From positions 2,356,001-2,420,000 of the forward strand of contig OX597815.1 in assembly GCA_951406725.2 (NCBI GenBank): a stretch of 64,000 bases of DNA, read 5' to 3'. Origin of the DNA: Octopus vulgaris. Its lineage: Eukaryota. The position numbers and the translations under genes were made by a program. The notes beneath the pieces are model-generated. The model was not told where the DNA came from. It saw only the letters and a program-made list of their open reading frames with translations, and did not search any database. Below are positions 25,141 through 39,936 of this stretch, piece after piece (the stretch's first letter is position 1; the number at the start of each line of letters is the position of its first letter).

Positions 25141-27328
25141 TACAAGAAGCCTACAAGAAGTAACAGTCTATTCTCCCCCAAATACAAGTTATACAGGCGC
25201 ATGGGTGGCTGTGCTGTAAGAATTTGCCTCCCAACCATATGGCTCGAGTTCAGTCCTACTGCATGTCCTACTGCATGTCACCATGGGCAAGTATCTTCTA
25301 CTGTAGCCTCAGGCCGACCAAAGCTCTGTGAGCGGATTCCATAGATGGAAACAGAAAGAAGCCCGTAGTAATGTATACATTCGACATATGCATTGTGACT
25401 GACAAAGAAAGAGAAAGTCTGTCGGGTGGCCATATGTCGGAACCGACGGGAGAGCCCGAAAGAGACACACACAAATACGCGCGCGCGCATGTGTGTATGT
25501 ATGCATGTATGTATTACGACGGGCTTCTTTCAGTTTCCGTCTACCAAATCCATTCACAAGGCTTTGGTCGGCCCGAGGCTATAGTAGAAGACACTTACCC
25601 AAGGTGCCGCAAAGTGGGACTGAACCCGGAACTATGTGGTTGGGAAGCAAACTCCTTTCGTCTCCACAACCTAACGGTTCAGCAAAAGTGATCAATAGAA
25701 TAAGTACAAACTTTACTATAAAGAAAAAAAAAGTACTGGAGTCGATTCGTTTGGCTGAAAGTTCTTGAAGGCGGTGCCCCAGCATGGCCGCAGTCTAATG
25801 TCTGAAACAAGTCAAAGAATAAAAGATAAAAATACTGTGAAACAAAAGGAAGGAATTGTGTTTCTTGGCTGCATTCTACATTGAAGGAAAACCAGTGCCA
25901 ATAAGTTCTTTGGTCTAATGTCTGCTCAATCAGGGTCGATCTGGGGCTAAGCAAAAGGGAACTCTGAAGACGATATATGAATATTGGACATTTAATGTAG
26001 TGGTTGACCCATCACGGTCCTGGCCATCCTGGAGCATCACGTTCAATGTTTAATGCTCTGTTATGTGTTGCGTGTGTAGTCTATGCTGAGGCCGTTATTT
26101 AATCCGAAGTCAGCTGCGATAGAACGGCGAATGGCGTTTGAACACTGACCATCACACTTGTTCCCTTTCTGCAGACAAAAACATTGTATTATTTGTCCTT
26201 TTCTGAGGCGAATAAACTGTTATTTCTAGCATTGTTTTTTTGCATTTTTCTCCTGTTCTTCGATGAGGTATGGAATGTGTCGATAGCAGAAGATTGAGTT
26301 TTATACCAATCAACAATGTCGACGCCGCTATGCCCTCGCTAAAATTAAATATTCTTTGTCGCAGGTCAGACCACTTAGCTCTCTGCAGGTCGCAAACTGC
26401 CTGTTGTTATGTTTAAAGACGCATGTGCCTGTGGACATAGCCCCGGATACTAACGTATCCAGAGCACTGAATTGTCTACCTGCGACATGTACGTACACAA
26501 GCATGCATGCATATATGCGTGTATATGTCGATCACTTCCTGGATTTGCGTTCGACGTTCGAATTCCACCAGGCTTGACCTTGCCTTTCATCCTTTCGGGA
26601 TCGATAAAATAAGTACCAGTTGAGCAATGAGTCGATGCAATCGACTTTCACCCCCACCCCACCTCCGAAATTACTGGCCCTATACCAAAACGCGAAACCA
26701 ATATTTACGTGTAACCATATTTTAGCACACACCTATACTCACACGCGCGCGCACACACACACCCTCTCTCTCTCTCCTACCCGTACACGCACAGAGGTAT
26801 CAAAATTCATTGGAGTTGTATTGAAATATTGATAAACGATTACAGCCAAGAAGATGAAACACTATTAATAGATAAATCCGCCAGTAAAAATAAATCAGTA
26901 AAAATCGATTCAGTTAAATTAGTCCATTGTCGTTTTCATGTGTTGCAGACGTTTTGAGATTTAAATGTGTTATTTTATATAAAGGTATTGCTAAACAATA
27001 TTACTATGTGTGTCGCGTAAAGGTGAGGTCTTTCGCATTTAGTTTCGAGAAAATTTGCGCTGAACATATTACTGTTATTTTTTTTTTACAGGTAATGTTC
27101 ATTGTTCTTTAAAACAGAAATCTGGTGAATTTGATATCCCCCCGATACGTTACATTTAAACTGTTCACTCAATGGAGTTGCCTCATTTGTTGTTTAAGTA
27201 TTCTGACCCATCTACATCACTTGTCACAACTGAATATTCCTCGATTGTGTTTCACCCACAAAGGGATATTATCTGACAGCTGCTTCATTTATTACTGAAC
27301 TGGGCATGAAATTCACACTTAGAAAACG

Positions 27329-27371
<43 letters not shown>

Positions 27372-27439
27372 GTTCGTTGGAAACCTATATATAATCGTAT
27401 ACATATGAGTCGCCATAATTGATCACTAAATCCACAAGT

Positions 27440-27595
27440 TTTTTATTATCTCTCTCTTTATTTCCTCATATTCATTTCTGTTGAAGGGCGTTGGCGCGAA
27501 ACGTAAAAATCTTTCTCACTTTCCCGAGCGTCAAACTAATACACTTGCTTGTTATTCATACACCTGTCTTCGTCTTTTGTTTTTCTATAAATTTC

Positions 27596-27655
<60 letters not shown>

Positions 27656-27840
27656 AGAATTACGAAAAACGCAAAAGACGAAGACAGGTGATGTAGAAAA
27701 CAAACAGATGTATTAGTATAACGCTCGGGAATTGAAAAAGTTTTTAATGTTTCGTGCCTACGCTCTTCCACAGAAAGGAACACAAAAAAACAAGGAGAGA
27801 AAAAATGTGTGTAGTGGCTACCGATCTATCATGGCGAATG
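27440..27840. mobile_element. Two tail-to-tail copies of the CTGTNGA hammerhead-like element around a (TA)n tract
   Basis: Plus copy CTGTTGAAGGGCGTTGGCGCGAAACGTA; minus copy CTGTGGAAGAGCGTAGGCACGAAACATT. Both share the tail CACCTGTCTTCGTCTTTTG. Confidence 0.7.
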
Positions 27841-27876
27841 ATATATATATATACATACAAATCTCTCTCTCTCTCT

Positions 27877-27914
<38 letters not shown>

Positions 27915-27985
27915 AGAGAGAGAAAGAGAGATTTGTATGTATATATATGTATCATTCGCCATATCTCTCTCTCTCTCTCTTTCTC

Positions 27986-28033
<48 letters not shown>

Positions 28034-28098
28034 AAAAATGTGTGTAGTGGCTACCGATCTATCATGGTGAATGATATATATATATACATACATACAAA

Positions 28099-28158
<60 letters not shown>

Positions 28159-28489
28159 CATAATGATATTTAGTCTCCGATTTGAAGCAACGAGTTTTAA
28201 ATAAATGACCGAAAGATGATGAGCTAGCCTCAGGGTGGCTCGAACCCACACATCAACACTTACACGTCCCCTTGCATATCCGATTGGCCACATGCTCACC
28301 CATCAATTTGAGTCAAATTTAGTAAATATATACTTAGACTGTCTAAAGCTATATATAATATTTATGAACAAACCCGAAAGGCTTTGTAAGTTGCGGAGAG
28401 AAAGCTATAATGGAAGACTGTACCTTAATATATCATAATAATATTTAATCACCAAGTTGAAGCGACAGTTTTTAAATGCAGATTCTATG

Positions 28490-28882
<393 letters not shown>

Positions 28883-29802
28883 TAATACATTGTTTATTTT
28901 CGTAAACCTTCCCGTTATATACATACATACATACATACATACAAACATACAAACATACATACAAACATACATACAAACATACATACATACATACATACAT
29001 ACATACATACATACATACATACATACATACATACATACATACATACATACATACATACATACATACATACTAACACTGAGATGTACTTCATCCTATTCTC
29101 AGAGAATCCCCTTGTAAACACGTTTGTAGAACGCGTTTATCGTTGCAAACATTGACAAAAGACATACCTTTAGTTCCTATAAGTGATTTCTACCATTCTA
29201 TGAAATTCCACCTTTGACTGTCTTCTTACATTTCGCTTCCACTAAATATATCTGCTGCCATGCCTTGAAGCTTTATTCTAATTCACTTATCGCTCTATAT
29301 CTCTCCATTATTTCTTTTCTGCCAATTTCTTTCTTTCTTTCCTTCACCTCATTCCCTTTCTATAAAATACCGTCGACGCTGTATCTACTAACGGTTTTTT
29401 TTAGAAAACTTGCTAGCGTTCTCTTCGTTATATACGCAGTTATCATATTCTGTTGAAATGTTTTATTGATGTGTTTGATTTCTTTCTTTCCCTGATGAGA
29501 AGACTGCATTGTTAAACACCAGTGTGTTACACCATTTTATTCCTTCCGGAAAAATACCGATGTTTTTCTCGAGACATATGTCAGAAGCATAGAGACTTGA
29601 ATAACACCTGCGTTTAACTCCATTTATTTATTTATCTATATTATTCAACATTTCACCTAAACCTGGGGTTTCTGCCTTTATAAGTAGGCTGTTACATCCT
29701 TGGTACTTGTATGAATTTGGGCTACCCTGGTAACTATTTATTTATTTTTCCGTGTTATTTGTAAACACTGAAAACACAGACACACACGCACACACACGCA
29801 CA

Positions 29803-29840
<38 letters not shown>

Positions 29841-29860
29841 GTATGTCTGTATGTAGGTAC

Positions 29861-29891
<31 letters not shown>

Positions 29892-29978
29892 TATATACAT
29901 ATATATTATTATCATATACATATACATATACATACAATAATATATATATATATATGTATATATAGTATATATACACAT

Positions 29979-30042
<64 letters not shown>

Positions 30043-30629
30043 ACAGAAAACGCGAACTTAGTGGTTTCGTAGTGTTTTGACTCCCATGTTTAGTTAAGCT
30101 GGTGTCTTTATAAAAAGGCTCCCTTATGTATAATTCCTTTTTTATATATATCTAATAATTTTGCCTATGTATACATACATATATTTAAATACATACATAC
30201 ATACATACATACATACATACATACATACATACATACATACATACATACATACATACATACATACATACATACATTCATACATACATACATACATACATGC
30301 ATACATACATATGAGTATATGTGTGTATATATATGAAGGTATTTTTTATGATTTAGTTAAACCGACAAATAAAAATCGGACTGCAAGTGGAATTGCTCAG
30401 ATAACACTGAAACAAAAAAAAAACTGAAGGGTATAATGAATAGAAGCTCTAATTGGTCACAATTATCATTATAACATTCCCAAATTATCGCAAAACCGAA
30501 CATAAATATTTAAAACATGAGGACATCCAGTGGTAGAACCCAATAATACAAAAATTGGAACGTTTATTCATAATACCATTCAATTATATATATTTATGTA
30601 TTAATTTATTCATATATATGTGTTTGTAA

Positions 30630-30970
30630 TCACTGTGATCACCGTGACCGACCAGGCTATCAGATGCTGCTACACATCGCTGGTCACAATGCACTTTGCA
30701 TTGTTTTAGCCTTCAAATGACACCACCCCGCTGGCTAAGCAAGCAGGCCAACAATAGAAAGAGTAACAGAAAGTTGTGGCCAACAATAGAAAGAGTAAGA
30801 GAAAGTTGTGGCGAAAGAGTACAGCAGGGATCACCACCATCCCTTGCTGGAGCCTCGTGGAGCTTTTAGGTGTTTTCGCTCAATAAACACTCACAATGCC
30901 CGGTCTGGGAATCGAAACCGTGATACTACAACCGAGAGTCCTCTACCCTAACCACTGTGCCATTGCGCCT
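30630..30970 (-). mobile_element. tRNA-derived SINE (family E)
   Basis: Homologous to 58910-59205 and 43750-43910. 3' parts also occur at 17422-17540 and 34580-34685. Confidence 0.75.
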
Positions 30971-31259
30971 CGACGTGTTTGTAATATACGGATGAAATGT
31001 ACAGTTCTCTCTCTCTCTCTCTCTCTCAGTAGAAAGTAACATATTCCTAAGCGGTGCAAAGCTGTTGCAATGTGTGTTGCTCTGTGCTAAGCATTATCTT
31101 GGGTTGACTTGTTGAGACCGAATCAGGCGAGCATCAGTCTTGTTCCTACTCCAAGAAAGGCAGACATATTCAAGTTGCATTATTGTCTATGACTACAGAG
31201 TTGACATGTTCCATAACAGTGAACGCACATAGAAAGCTGATAGTTATAAGAGCTAATAA

Positions 31260-31790
31260 GAGACGGTCGAAGAGAGTCTGGCTACGCTAAATTTCCTGGA
31301 TGCCTCTCATAAACCGAACAAGATATTACCTGAGCCACTCAAGAAGCCAAATAATACATCATTTCTCGTCCACATGTGAACCAGTCGTTCACTGTGTGTC
31401 TTCCAACATGTTTCAATGAACATCTGGAAGCGGTTAAAAGCACGAGTTAACTTTCGAAGAAGAAATCTTGAACATGGCCACAAAGTACAAGTGTAAAACA
31501 AACACTATCGCATAACCGAGACCAATAAAATCAACATTATCAAGCAACCATCGCACTAAAAACTCCTGGAAATGTAACTTTATATGGTATGTCCTACCTT
31601 ACAACATTGACTTGTGAATCACAGTTGCAAATATTTTTCTCTGTCTAATCGGGGAACATTTCCCAAACTGTCCTAAATTACATAAGGTATTTAACACAAA
31701 CAGAAATAAAGTAGGCCAAAACTGCTTTAAAAAGATGCTTAATGACCAATTTTCTTCTTGGGATGCAAAAAGGAACACCTACGATACAAG
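31260..31790 (+). pseudogene. Highly decayed RT C-terminal fragment of a second Penelope-like clade (Naiad/Nematis-like)
   Basis: Hand translation TLNFLDA...KKPNN and FIWYVLPYN...FLCLIGEHFPNCPKLHKVFNTN resembles the PLE motif IIWFNPPY...FL.LIDKHFP...L.KIFNRN. Confidence 0.6.
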
Positions 31791-34146
31791 CTAACAACCA
31801 GCGATCCATACTATCTATATCTCCAGAGTCATCTTGTTAACTTTAAACCCGCAGCCGTTTTAGGCTGACCGACCGACCGACCGACCGACCGATTAATTAC
31901 GTAATCGTCGTGTCGTAAAAGTTAGTACACACATGAATCACATGAATACAAATATATGTGTGCGTGCATGTGTGTATAATAGACACACACATACACGCAT
32001 ACAAATACACATATATTGTATTCCCTAAAGATTTTTTCATGTTTTCTTGATATTTTTCTTTCATTGTCGATGAGTAAGGGATGAGGGAATGCGGAGAAAA
32101 AGAATAGTAGTAGGGAAAGGCGGAGTGAAGGAAAAGAGGAATATGAAGACAAGAAAGAGAATACGAAGAAAGACAGAAAGAAAGAAAGAATGAAAGAAAG
32201 AGAATACGAAGATAAAAAGAAAGAGAATAACAAGTTGGGTTTAGGAAGAAAATTAACCAAATAAAATGCTGGGAGACTGATTGAGAGAAAGAAGGAAATT
32301 TTGAAAGAAATAAGGAAAGAAAAGCTGGAATAAGAAATTAAGTAAAACCGGAAGTAGTAAAGAAAGAAACAAAGAAATACGAAAATTAAAAAAAAAAACG
32401 AAGATGGAATGAATGAGAGCAAGAAAAATGAAAGAGAGCGAATGAAATTAATTAGAAAGATGAAGAGAAAAAGGGAGAAAGGAAGGAAAAAAGATGAAGA
32501 AATTGGTGGAAAACTGAAGAAATTTTTAGCAACAAAAATGGGAAGAATTTTGAAGAAAAAGTATAGCAAAGTAACGGTGCTAAAAGTGTCGAATGGCAAG
32601 AATAACTACAGCAGCAGCAACAGCAGCAGCAACAGTAACAACAAGCGGAGTAGCAGGATTAGCAACAGTAGTAGCAGCAGTAGTTCTTGTATGTCAAGTA
32701 GGTTGTCATGACAACATCTAACTTTATAGAGCGAGGGAGGTGAATGACGTCAATGAAGATTTTAGAACATACACTTTTACACACACACACACACACCCAA
32801 ACACACACACACACCCAAACACACACACACACATGTATATACACAGACACAAATGAACAGACACACGCACGCACACACACACTTAAGATAGTTGTAAGGG
32901 TCGTGGTAAGAGCAGGTGTTTTAGAGGAAAGTACATTTTTCCTCCACTCCATTGCCTCCCACCACATCGAGATTCTGCTCCTGGGTGTTGCTATTGTTTA
33001 GCCCCAGGCCAGTCCTGACTCAGTAGACCTATGATCAATAATGCTCCAGCCGCGCCCATCCCATCTGTTTTCTCTATGCAAGGAACCTCAGCACTATACA
33101 ATCCAATGTTTCAGTTTTCATTGAGACAGCAATATGGGGATTAAGAAAATTTGGCTGTTATTTCTAGCATATTGTGTAATCACCTGAAGCTCTCCACCCT
33201 GTGTCCTAGGGTTTAATATCGCTGCTATTGTTGGCGTTTATCAGCGTTATTGCTGTTCTCGTTGTTGTTGTGGTTGTTACCGATGTTTGTTTTTTTTATC
33301 GGTGTATATTTCTGTACGCTTGTTATTGCTGTTTGACCCTAGGCCAAGTAAGTTGAGACAGCTCGCCAAATCGTCTTTTTTTGTGCAGAATATATCAAGG
33401 ACTTCATTTTCGATTTTCAAGGCGTTAGGGTTGGGCTTGACGGAGTACTGGCTACTATTTCTAGCAGGCTGAGAAACGGCGTCAAATTTTTACTGCTAGC
33501 TTCTATACTTGTTTAAACCTAGGTCAGTCCTGTCTGAGAATATTTATGATCAAAGCTTTCCCGGCATGGCCACCCTACTTATGTTCAGGCAATATGTATC
33601 TAGAATGATATCAACTGTTTTAGACGCAGGCACGGTAGAGCGTTTAAGAGTTCGCTTTTTGATGAAGAGGTACCGGGTTCGATCGTACAGCCTGGTATTT
33701 TGGGGCAGTTGTCTCTTGATCAGAGCTTCGAGCCTATTCAACCCTTGTCAGTACCATACAGTCAACAGAAGCTCAGTCGAATGTAACTTCGAAGTCCAGC
33801 TGTAACACACGTGGTGTTACACAAAATCGGTGTGAGAATCACGTTAGAGGTACACGAGACTGAATATTCCTCAATCACGTGTTCAGTTGATCAATTGACC
33901 GATGCAGTTTCCATCATGCAATGTTGCTTAATTTCTCTTTAGCATCTATGTCTAGCAAGTGAAGAGATCATATAAAGAGCAGGGATAAGAAAACCTTCGG
34001 CTTCATTCAAGTTTATAACCCATTAGTGAAATGTCTAAGAATAGAGAGAATACAACAGTGGAATGTCTAAAGAAGTGTTTGTTTGTCGTTACTCGCATAG
34101 CCACCATAACAATAAATATATATGCATGTATGGATGTAAATATGTA

Positions 34147-34186
<40 letters not shown>

Positions 34187-34359
34187 AGTATGCATGTATA
34201 AGTATGCATAGAAGTATATCCGAGTTTGTATGATTGTGTAGAGAAAAATATATTATTCAATGACATTCCAACCTCGTCTGATTTTCACGTTCTGTTATTT
34301 ACAGTTTTTACAATTTCGCAGTATTATAATAATCGAATATTATATATTTACTACTACAT

Positions 34360-34397
34360 AAACCTGATGATCGCGTAACGCATGAAAGTATTAGTTT
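34360..34397 (+). ncRNA. Minimal type I hammerhead-like motif inside an inverted repeat (34259-34494)
   Basis: AAAC-CTGATGA-TCGCG TAA CGCAT-GAAA-GTAT-TA-GTTT. Confidence 0.6.
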
Positions 34398-34512
34398 TAT
34401 CACAATTAATATATAATATTCTATTATAATATTGTAAAATTGTAAAAACTGTAAATAATAAAACGTGAAAATCAGACTAAGTTGGAATTTCATTAATTAA
34501 TGCATACATACA

Positions 34513-34581
<69 letters not shown>

Positions 34582-34681
34582 CTTAGCCAGCGCCAGCGTG
34601 ACGTCATTTGAATGCTAAAATAATGCGAAGTGCATTGTGACCAGCAATGTGTAGCAACATCTGATAGCCTGGTCGGTCATG

Positions 34682-34727
<46 letters not shown>

Positions 34728-34828
34728 AGTGTGTGTGTTAAGGTATATTAATAAGAAAAATTATATATATATATACATATACATATATATTTCTTATTAA
34801 TATACCTTTACAGGGCATGGCATATAGT

Positions 34829-34868
<40 letters not shown>

Positions 34869-35059
34869 TGTGTGTGTGATGAGTTACTCATTGCGTTTAT
34901 AATAATTATGTGTGTTAATCACATCATAATATAAATGATATTTTTACTCCATTGAAACAGCTGTCGAGAACAATCACGTTACGCATCCTATGAAATTTAT
35001 GCATTTCTGCTTTTGACTATTACCTCTCTCCTTGTATACATTCATTCCTACACACACAC

Positions 35060-35104
35060 GCACATACATACATACATACATACATACATACATACATACA
35101 TACA

Positions 35105-35138
<34 letters not shown>

Positions 35139-35292
35139 CATACATACATACATACATACATACATACATACATACATACATGCATACATACATACATACA
35201 TACATGCATACATACATACATACATACATACATACATACATACATACATACATACATGCATACATACATACATACATACATACATGCATACA

Positions 35293-35326
<34 letters not shown>

Positions 35327-36032
35327 CATACATACATACATACATACAAACATACATACATACATACATACATACATACATACATACATACATACATACA
35401 TACATACATACATACATACAAACATACATACATACATACACACATACATACATACATACATACATACATACATACATACATACATACATACATACATACA
35501 TACATACATACATACATACACACATACATACATACATACATACATACATACATACATACATACATACATACATACATACATACATACATACACACATACA
35601 TACATACATACATACATACATACATACATACATACATACATACATACATACATACATACATACATACAAACATACATACATACATACATACATACATACA
35701 TACATACATACATACATACATACATACAAACATACATGCATACATACACACATACATACATACATACATACAAACATACATGCATACATACACACATACA
35801 TACATACATACATACATACATACATACATACATACATGCATACATACATACATACATACATACATACATACATACATACATGCATGCATACATACATACA
35901 TACATACATACATACATACATACATACATACATACATACATACATACATACATGCATGCATGCATACATACATACATACATACATACATACATACATACA
36001 TACATACATACATACATACATACATACATGCA
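35060..36032. repeat. (TACA)n microsatellite, about 1 kb
   Basis: Direct inspection. Confidence 0.98.
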
Positions 36033-36523
36033 TATATTCTATTCTTTCCTTTTGTTCTCTTATTCGTCTCAGCTATGCAGCTGCGGTCATGCTGGAGCAC
36101 CAGTGTGGTTTTGCTGCTTTCCTGAGGCTGGGGTATTTCACATTACCACTTCTGCCTGTGCCTTGTCCCAGCTGTTGGTCCATTTGGTGTCTGAGGGAGT
36201 TTGATTCCGCTGCCCTGGACTCATGCCCTCATCTTATACCTCGTACCGGGTCGTTGGTACATCTGATATTGGGGAGAGGAAGATGTCTAGTATCTTTTTG
36301 AAGACATCTATGTCCACAATATGTAGATTTCTTAATTTCTGTGGCAGGGGATTGAAGAGCTGTGGGTCTTCCAACCCCAGGCTCTTGCAGAAACTAGTCC
36401 TGAATTTAGATGGAGTGGATGGTACCTTTGGTGCAATACAAAGGCGTCCACTTCTGGCATTTGTATAAGATTCAACGTCGAAATTAGGTACTAACCTTTC
36501 TAGAGTTTCTCATTTGTAGATTA

Positions 36524-36752
36524 TTACATACCTATTTCTTTATTACCCACAAGGGGCTAAACACAGAGGGGACAAACAAGGACAGACATAGGTATTAAGT
36601 CGATTACATCGACCCCAGTGCGTAACTGGTACTTAATTTATTGACCGCGAAAGGATGAAAGGCAAAGTCGACCTCGGCGGAATTTGAACTCACAACGTAA
36701 CGCAGACGAAATACCGCTAAGCATTTCGCCCAGCTCGCCGCCTTACATACCT
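36524..36752 (-). mobile_element. SINE family B with TSD TTACATACCT
   Basis: Duplication at 36524-36533 and 36743-36752. Confidence 0.85.
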
Positions 36753-37021
36753 GTCGCACCTTCGTTCCCTGGAGTAGAATCGTAGTTTTTTTCCGCTTCT
36801 CCTTGTAGCTCATCGTCTTCAGAGTTTCAATATTCTTCGTGGACTGCTTCAGGCTCCGCTGTTAGTTTGGCACTATGTGGTGACCATAGCTGAGAGCAGT
36901 AGTCCAGGTGGCTGAGAACAAAGGCCCTCCACAGTCTCAACATAACTTCTTGGTCTTCTTTTCTTGAAGGACCTTAATAGCCATCCTGCCAGTTGTCTGC
37001 ACTTTGCTACCATCTTGGTAA

Positions 37022-37417
37022 TCTTTATATATAAAAGTGAGGTTGTGTGCTGTCTGTCTCCTACGATTTAGATTCCTAACTACTCCCACATTTTGCGGTG
37101 CAGTTTAACCAAAAGCGGGTATCTTATAGTCGTGATTCATATCGAGCCCTTCTGGGTATTAGCGCGCGTCTACGATGAGTCTACGATTAAAAAAAAAATT
37201 ACAATAAATTTTTCCCATTTTTAATGCATTTTTGGCATATATAAGGGAAGTAACTCTCTGAAAGTTTATTATTAAATCTCAGAACTTAAAAGCTACAGTA
37301 ACCCCCCCCTTCTTTGTGGTTAGCCATATTGAGATGGCTATTATACTTTACATCTCTAAAAATGCTTATATAGTTATTTCCCTTACAAACCCGAGCAACG
37401 CCGGGCGATACTGCTAG
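37022..37417 (+). mobile_element. Non-autonomous Helitron
   Basis: Starts TC, ends CTAG with a subterminal CCCG/CGGG hairpin, and lies between A and T with no TSD. Removing it restores the LINE frame (MHITKMV). Confidence 0.88.
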
Positions 37418-37878
37418 TGTGCATATAAAATGAGGCACCAATGCACATACTGATCCCCAGATCTTTCGCAACCTGTGACTCTCGGATTGCAGTGCCTTCG
37501 AGTCCTGTACATGCAGGCTGCAGGGCATTCATGCGTTTCCCAGTATAAAACTGCATCCTGTTTACCTCAGCTCATTTGTAGTTTGCATTCAGATCCTGCT
37601 ATAGCCTGTGACGTCATCCGGATTTTTTATTACCAGTAGTAATGTTGCATCGTCTGCGTAGCTAGTGACAGTGTGTGTGTGTGTGTGTGTGTGTGTGAGT
37701 AAATATGATATGTGACAATTATTCGGTAGCCATGATAAAACTCGGAGTTTTATCATGGCTACCGAATAATTGTCATATATTACATTTACAGATAAATTCC
37801 TCTATTTACATAATATCGAAGTCTCTTTCATTCCTTGGTTGTCTTACCATTTCTATCAATATATATATATATATGTAT

Positions 37879-39060
37879 ATGTTAGTTAGTTAGTTAATTT
37901 GGCTCAAAAGCAAATAGCAAGGCCATGTAGGGGGACATGGAGTTAAGTACAGGGTGGTGTTCATGTAAAGAGTTCAGGCCACTTGAGGTCCAGGGAGGCT
38001 TTGAACAAAGCGGTCGTCGGCATCTTCACCATCTCGTCTGGCAGCTTGTTCCACGGATCCGCAACCCGGATGGAGAAAGCTCCTCTCCTTCGATTGAGAT
38101 GAAATCGTCGCAGGTAGAGCTTTTCGGAATGACCCCGCAGCCGACGCTCTGGAGCAGGAGTGAAGAACAGCTCTTTCGAGAGGTTACACTTTCCGCTTAT
38201 GATGTTGTGGGCGAGAATGAGATCACCACGGCGGCGGCGTTTTTCAAGAGAATAAATGTCGAGCGTCCTCAGCCTTTCTTCGTAGGACAAATTTTTGAGA
38301 CCATGAACCATGCGGGTAGCCAGCTTCTGGACTCTTTCGAGATGCTGTATGTCTTTGAGGAGATAAGGAGAAGAGGCTTGAATCCCATACTCCAGTATGG
38401 GTCTCACCAACGTGACATAGAGTGGTAGGAATATGGCTGCTGTGAGCATTCCGAATGACCGTCGAATCAAGAACAGAATTCCGCGTGCTTTGTTGGCAGC
38501 ATGGATGCACTGGGCCGAAGGCGAAAAGGAGGAATCCACCAAGATACCCAGGTCCTTTACCTGATCGGTCCTCTCCAGCAGCAGACGACCCGGCTCGAAA
38601 TCAAGTTGAGTTGCAGGAGGAGAGCCAACAGGCAGATGACAGCACTTTGACACGTTCAGACACAGGTCCCAATCGTTAGACCACTTCCAAATTTGGTGGA
38701 GGCATCGACGAAGATCCTCTATATCACCGCGAGGAGCGACCAGTTTGATATCGTTGGCAAATAGAAGGGTGTGTTGCGTGAGGTCGTCGGGCAAGTCATT
38801 TATGAAGACTAAGAACAACAAGGGCCCAAGCACAGAACCTTGAGGCACGCCACTGCTCGCATTGGAGACGTCGGACCGCGAACCATTAACTTGGACTTGG
38901 AAGGAACGATCTGAGAGGAAGGCACCAACCCATCGTACAATATCTGGATGGAAACTATATGCTTGAAGCTTGACAAGTAATAGGCGGTGGTTTACCGAGT
39001 CAAAAGCTTTGGCAAAGTCCAATAAAACGATGTCAACAGCATCACTATCATCGAGGATGC
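37879..39060 (-). mobile_element. 5'-truncated CR1-clade LINE with (TAAC)n tail
   Basis: RT ORF plus a short 3' UTR ending ...CCAAATTAACTAACTAACTAAC. Confidence 0.92.
37961..39022 (-). CDS. CR1-clade reverse transcriptase C-terminal part (truncated; catalytic motif reads FAND)
   Basis: DFAKAFDSVNH, GVPQGSVLGPLLF, KDLGI, LRGH and WNKLP motifs in an open 353-aa frame. Confidence 0.9.
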   Translation of the reverse strand: MDFAKAFDSVNHRLLLVKLQAYSFHPDIVRWVGAFLSDRSFQVQVNGSRSDVSNASSGVPQGSVLGPLLFLVFINDLPDDLTQHTLLFANDIKLVAPRGDIEDLRRCLHQIWKWSNDWDLCLNVSKCCHLPVGSPPATQLDFEPGRLLLERTDQVKDLGILVDSSFSPSAQCIHAANKARGILFLIRRSFGMLTAAIFLPLYVTLVRPILEYGIQASSPYLLKDIQHLERVQKLATRMVHGLKNLSYEERLRTLDIYSLEKRRRRGDLILAHNIISGKCNLSKELFFTPAPERRLRGHSEKLYLRRFHLNRRRGAFSIRVADPWNKLPDEMVKMPTTALFKASLDLKWPELFT

Positions 39061-39575
39061 GCGTATATATTCACACACAGGCACACACACACGCACACAC
39101 ACACGCACACACACACACGCACACACGCACACACACACGCACACACACGCACACACACACACACACATACTTGGAAATGGATGCATGTCGTGTTTTATTC
39201 CTACTGTCCTGTTTTTGTTATCACTTTAACCCTCCACAAAAAATCCCAAATTTTATTTAATTTGTTTGCGGGAAGGATTGTTTTAACGAAGTCGCGTCTT
39301 GTCCCTACCTTCGAACCGCGGAGTAGATAAAACAGGCAACAACTATTGAGGGGATTGTTCTTTATGTTGCCTCGTTTCTCTACTTGTTTCTTTCGTTGTT
39401 CGAAAAAAGTTCGTTTTCCATGCTTTTGCTTTTTATGTTCTCGTTTCTCCCTTTGTTCACGTGTTTTGACGCTCTGTACCCATATATGCATGTATATATA
39501 CATATATATGTAGGCATGTACATGTATGTGTGTATATGCATATATATGTATATCTTATTTATATTATATATATAA

Positions 39576-39608
<33 letters not shown>

Positions 39609-39866
39609 GAAGCTCCTTCTATATAATAAATTAATTTTACTCTGCTATGTATTGAGTACCTTATTTACTGTGGTTAACCCCGAATCAACCCGGGACCTAC
39701 ATATATATATATACGTATATATATATATAAATATATACATATACGCACACATGCTTATAAACATACAAACATATATATATTTGTATATAACTATATATAC
39801 ATACATGTATACATATATACATATATATATGTATACATATATATTCGTACATATATACATATATGC

Positions 39867-39935
<69 letters not shown>

Positions 39936-39936
39936 G

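Larger units (their letters stand above)
36185..37672 (-). pseudogene. Old CR1-clade LINE RT 3' fragment interrupted by a SINE and a Helitron
   Basis: Minus strand TSYADDATL...KDLGI...FVLSHLDYCSQLWSP...LFNPLPQKLRNL. Confidence 0.8.

Noticed and set aside
31922-32711. Phe/Ser-rich membrane-like ORF
   Set aside because: Antisense of a GA-rich low-complexity tract; likewise 62313-62911.
34974-36301. 330-390 aa MYVC/HTYI ORFs
   Set aside because: Translations of (TACA)n. The same applies to 44.3-45.0, 52.3-53.1 and 56.7-57.6 kb.
37937-38679. Plus-strand ORFs of 163 and 74 aa
   Set aside because: Shadow frames antisense to the CR1 RT.
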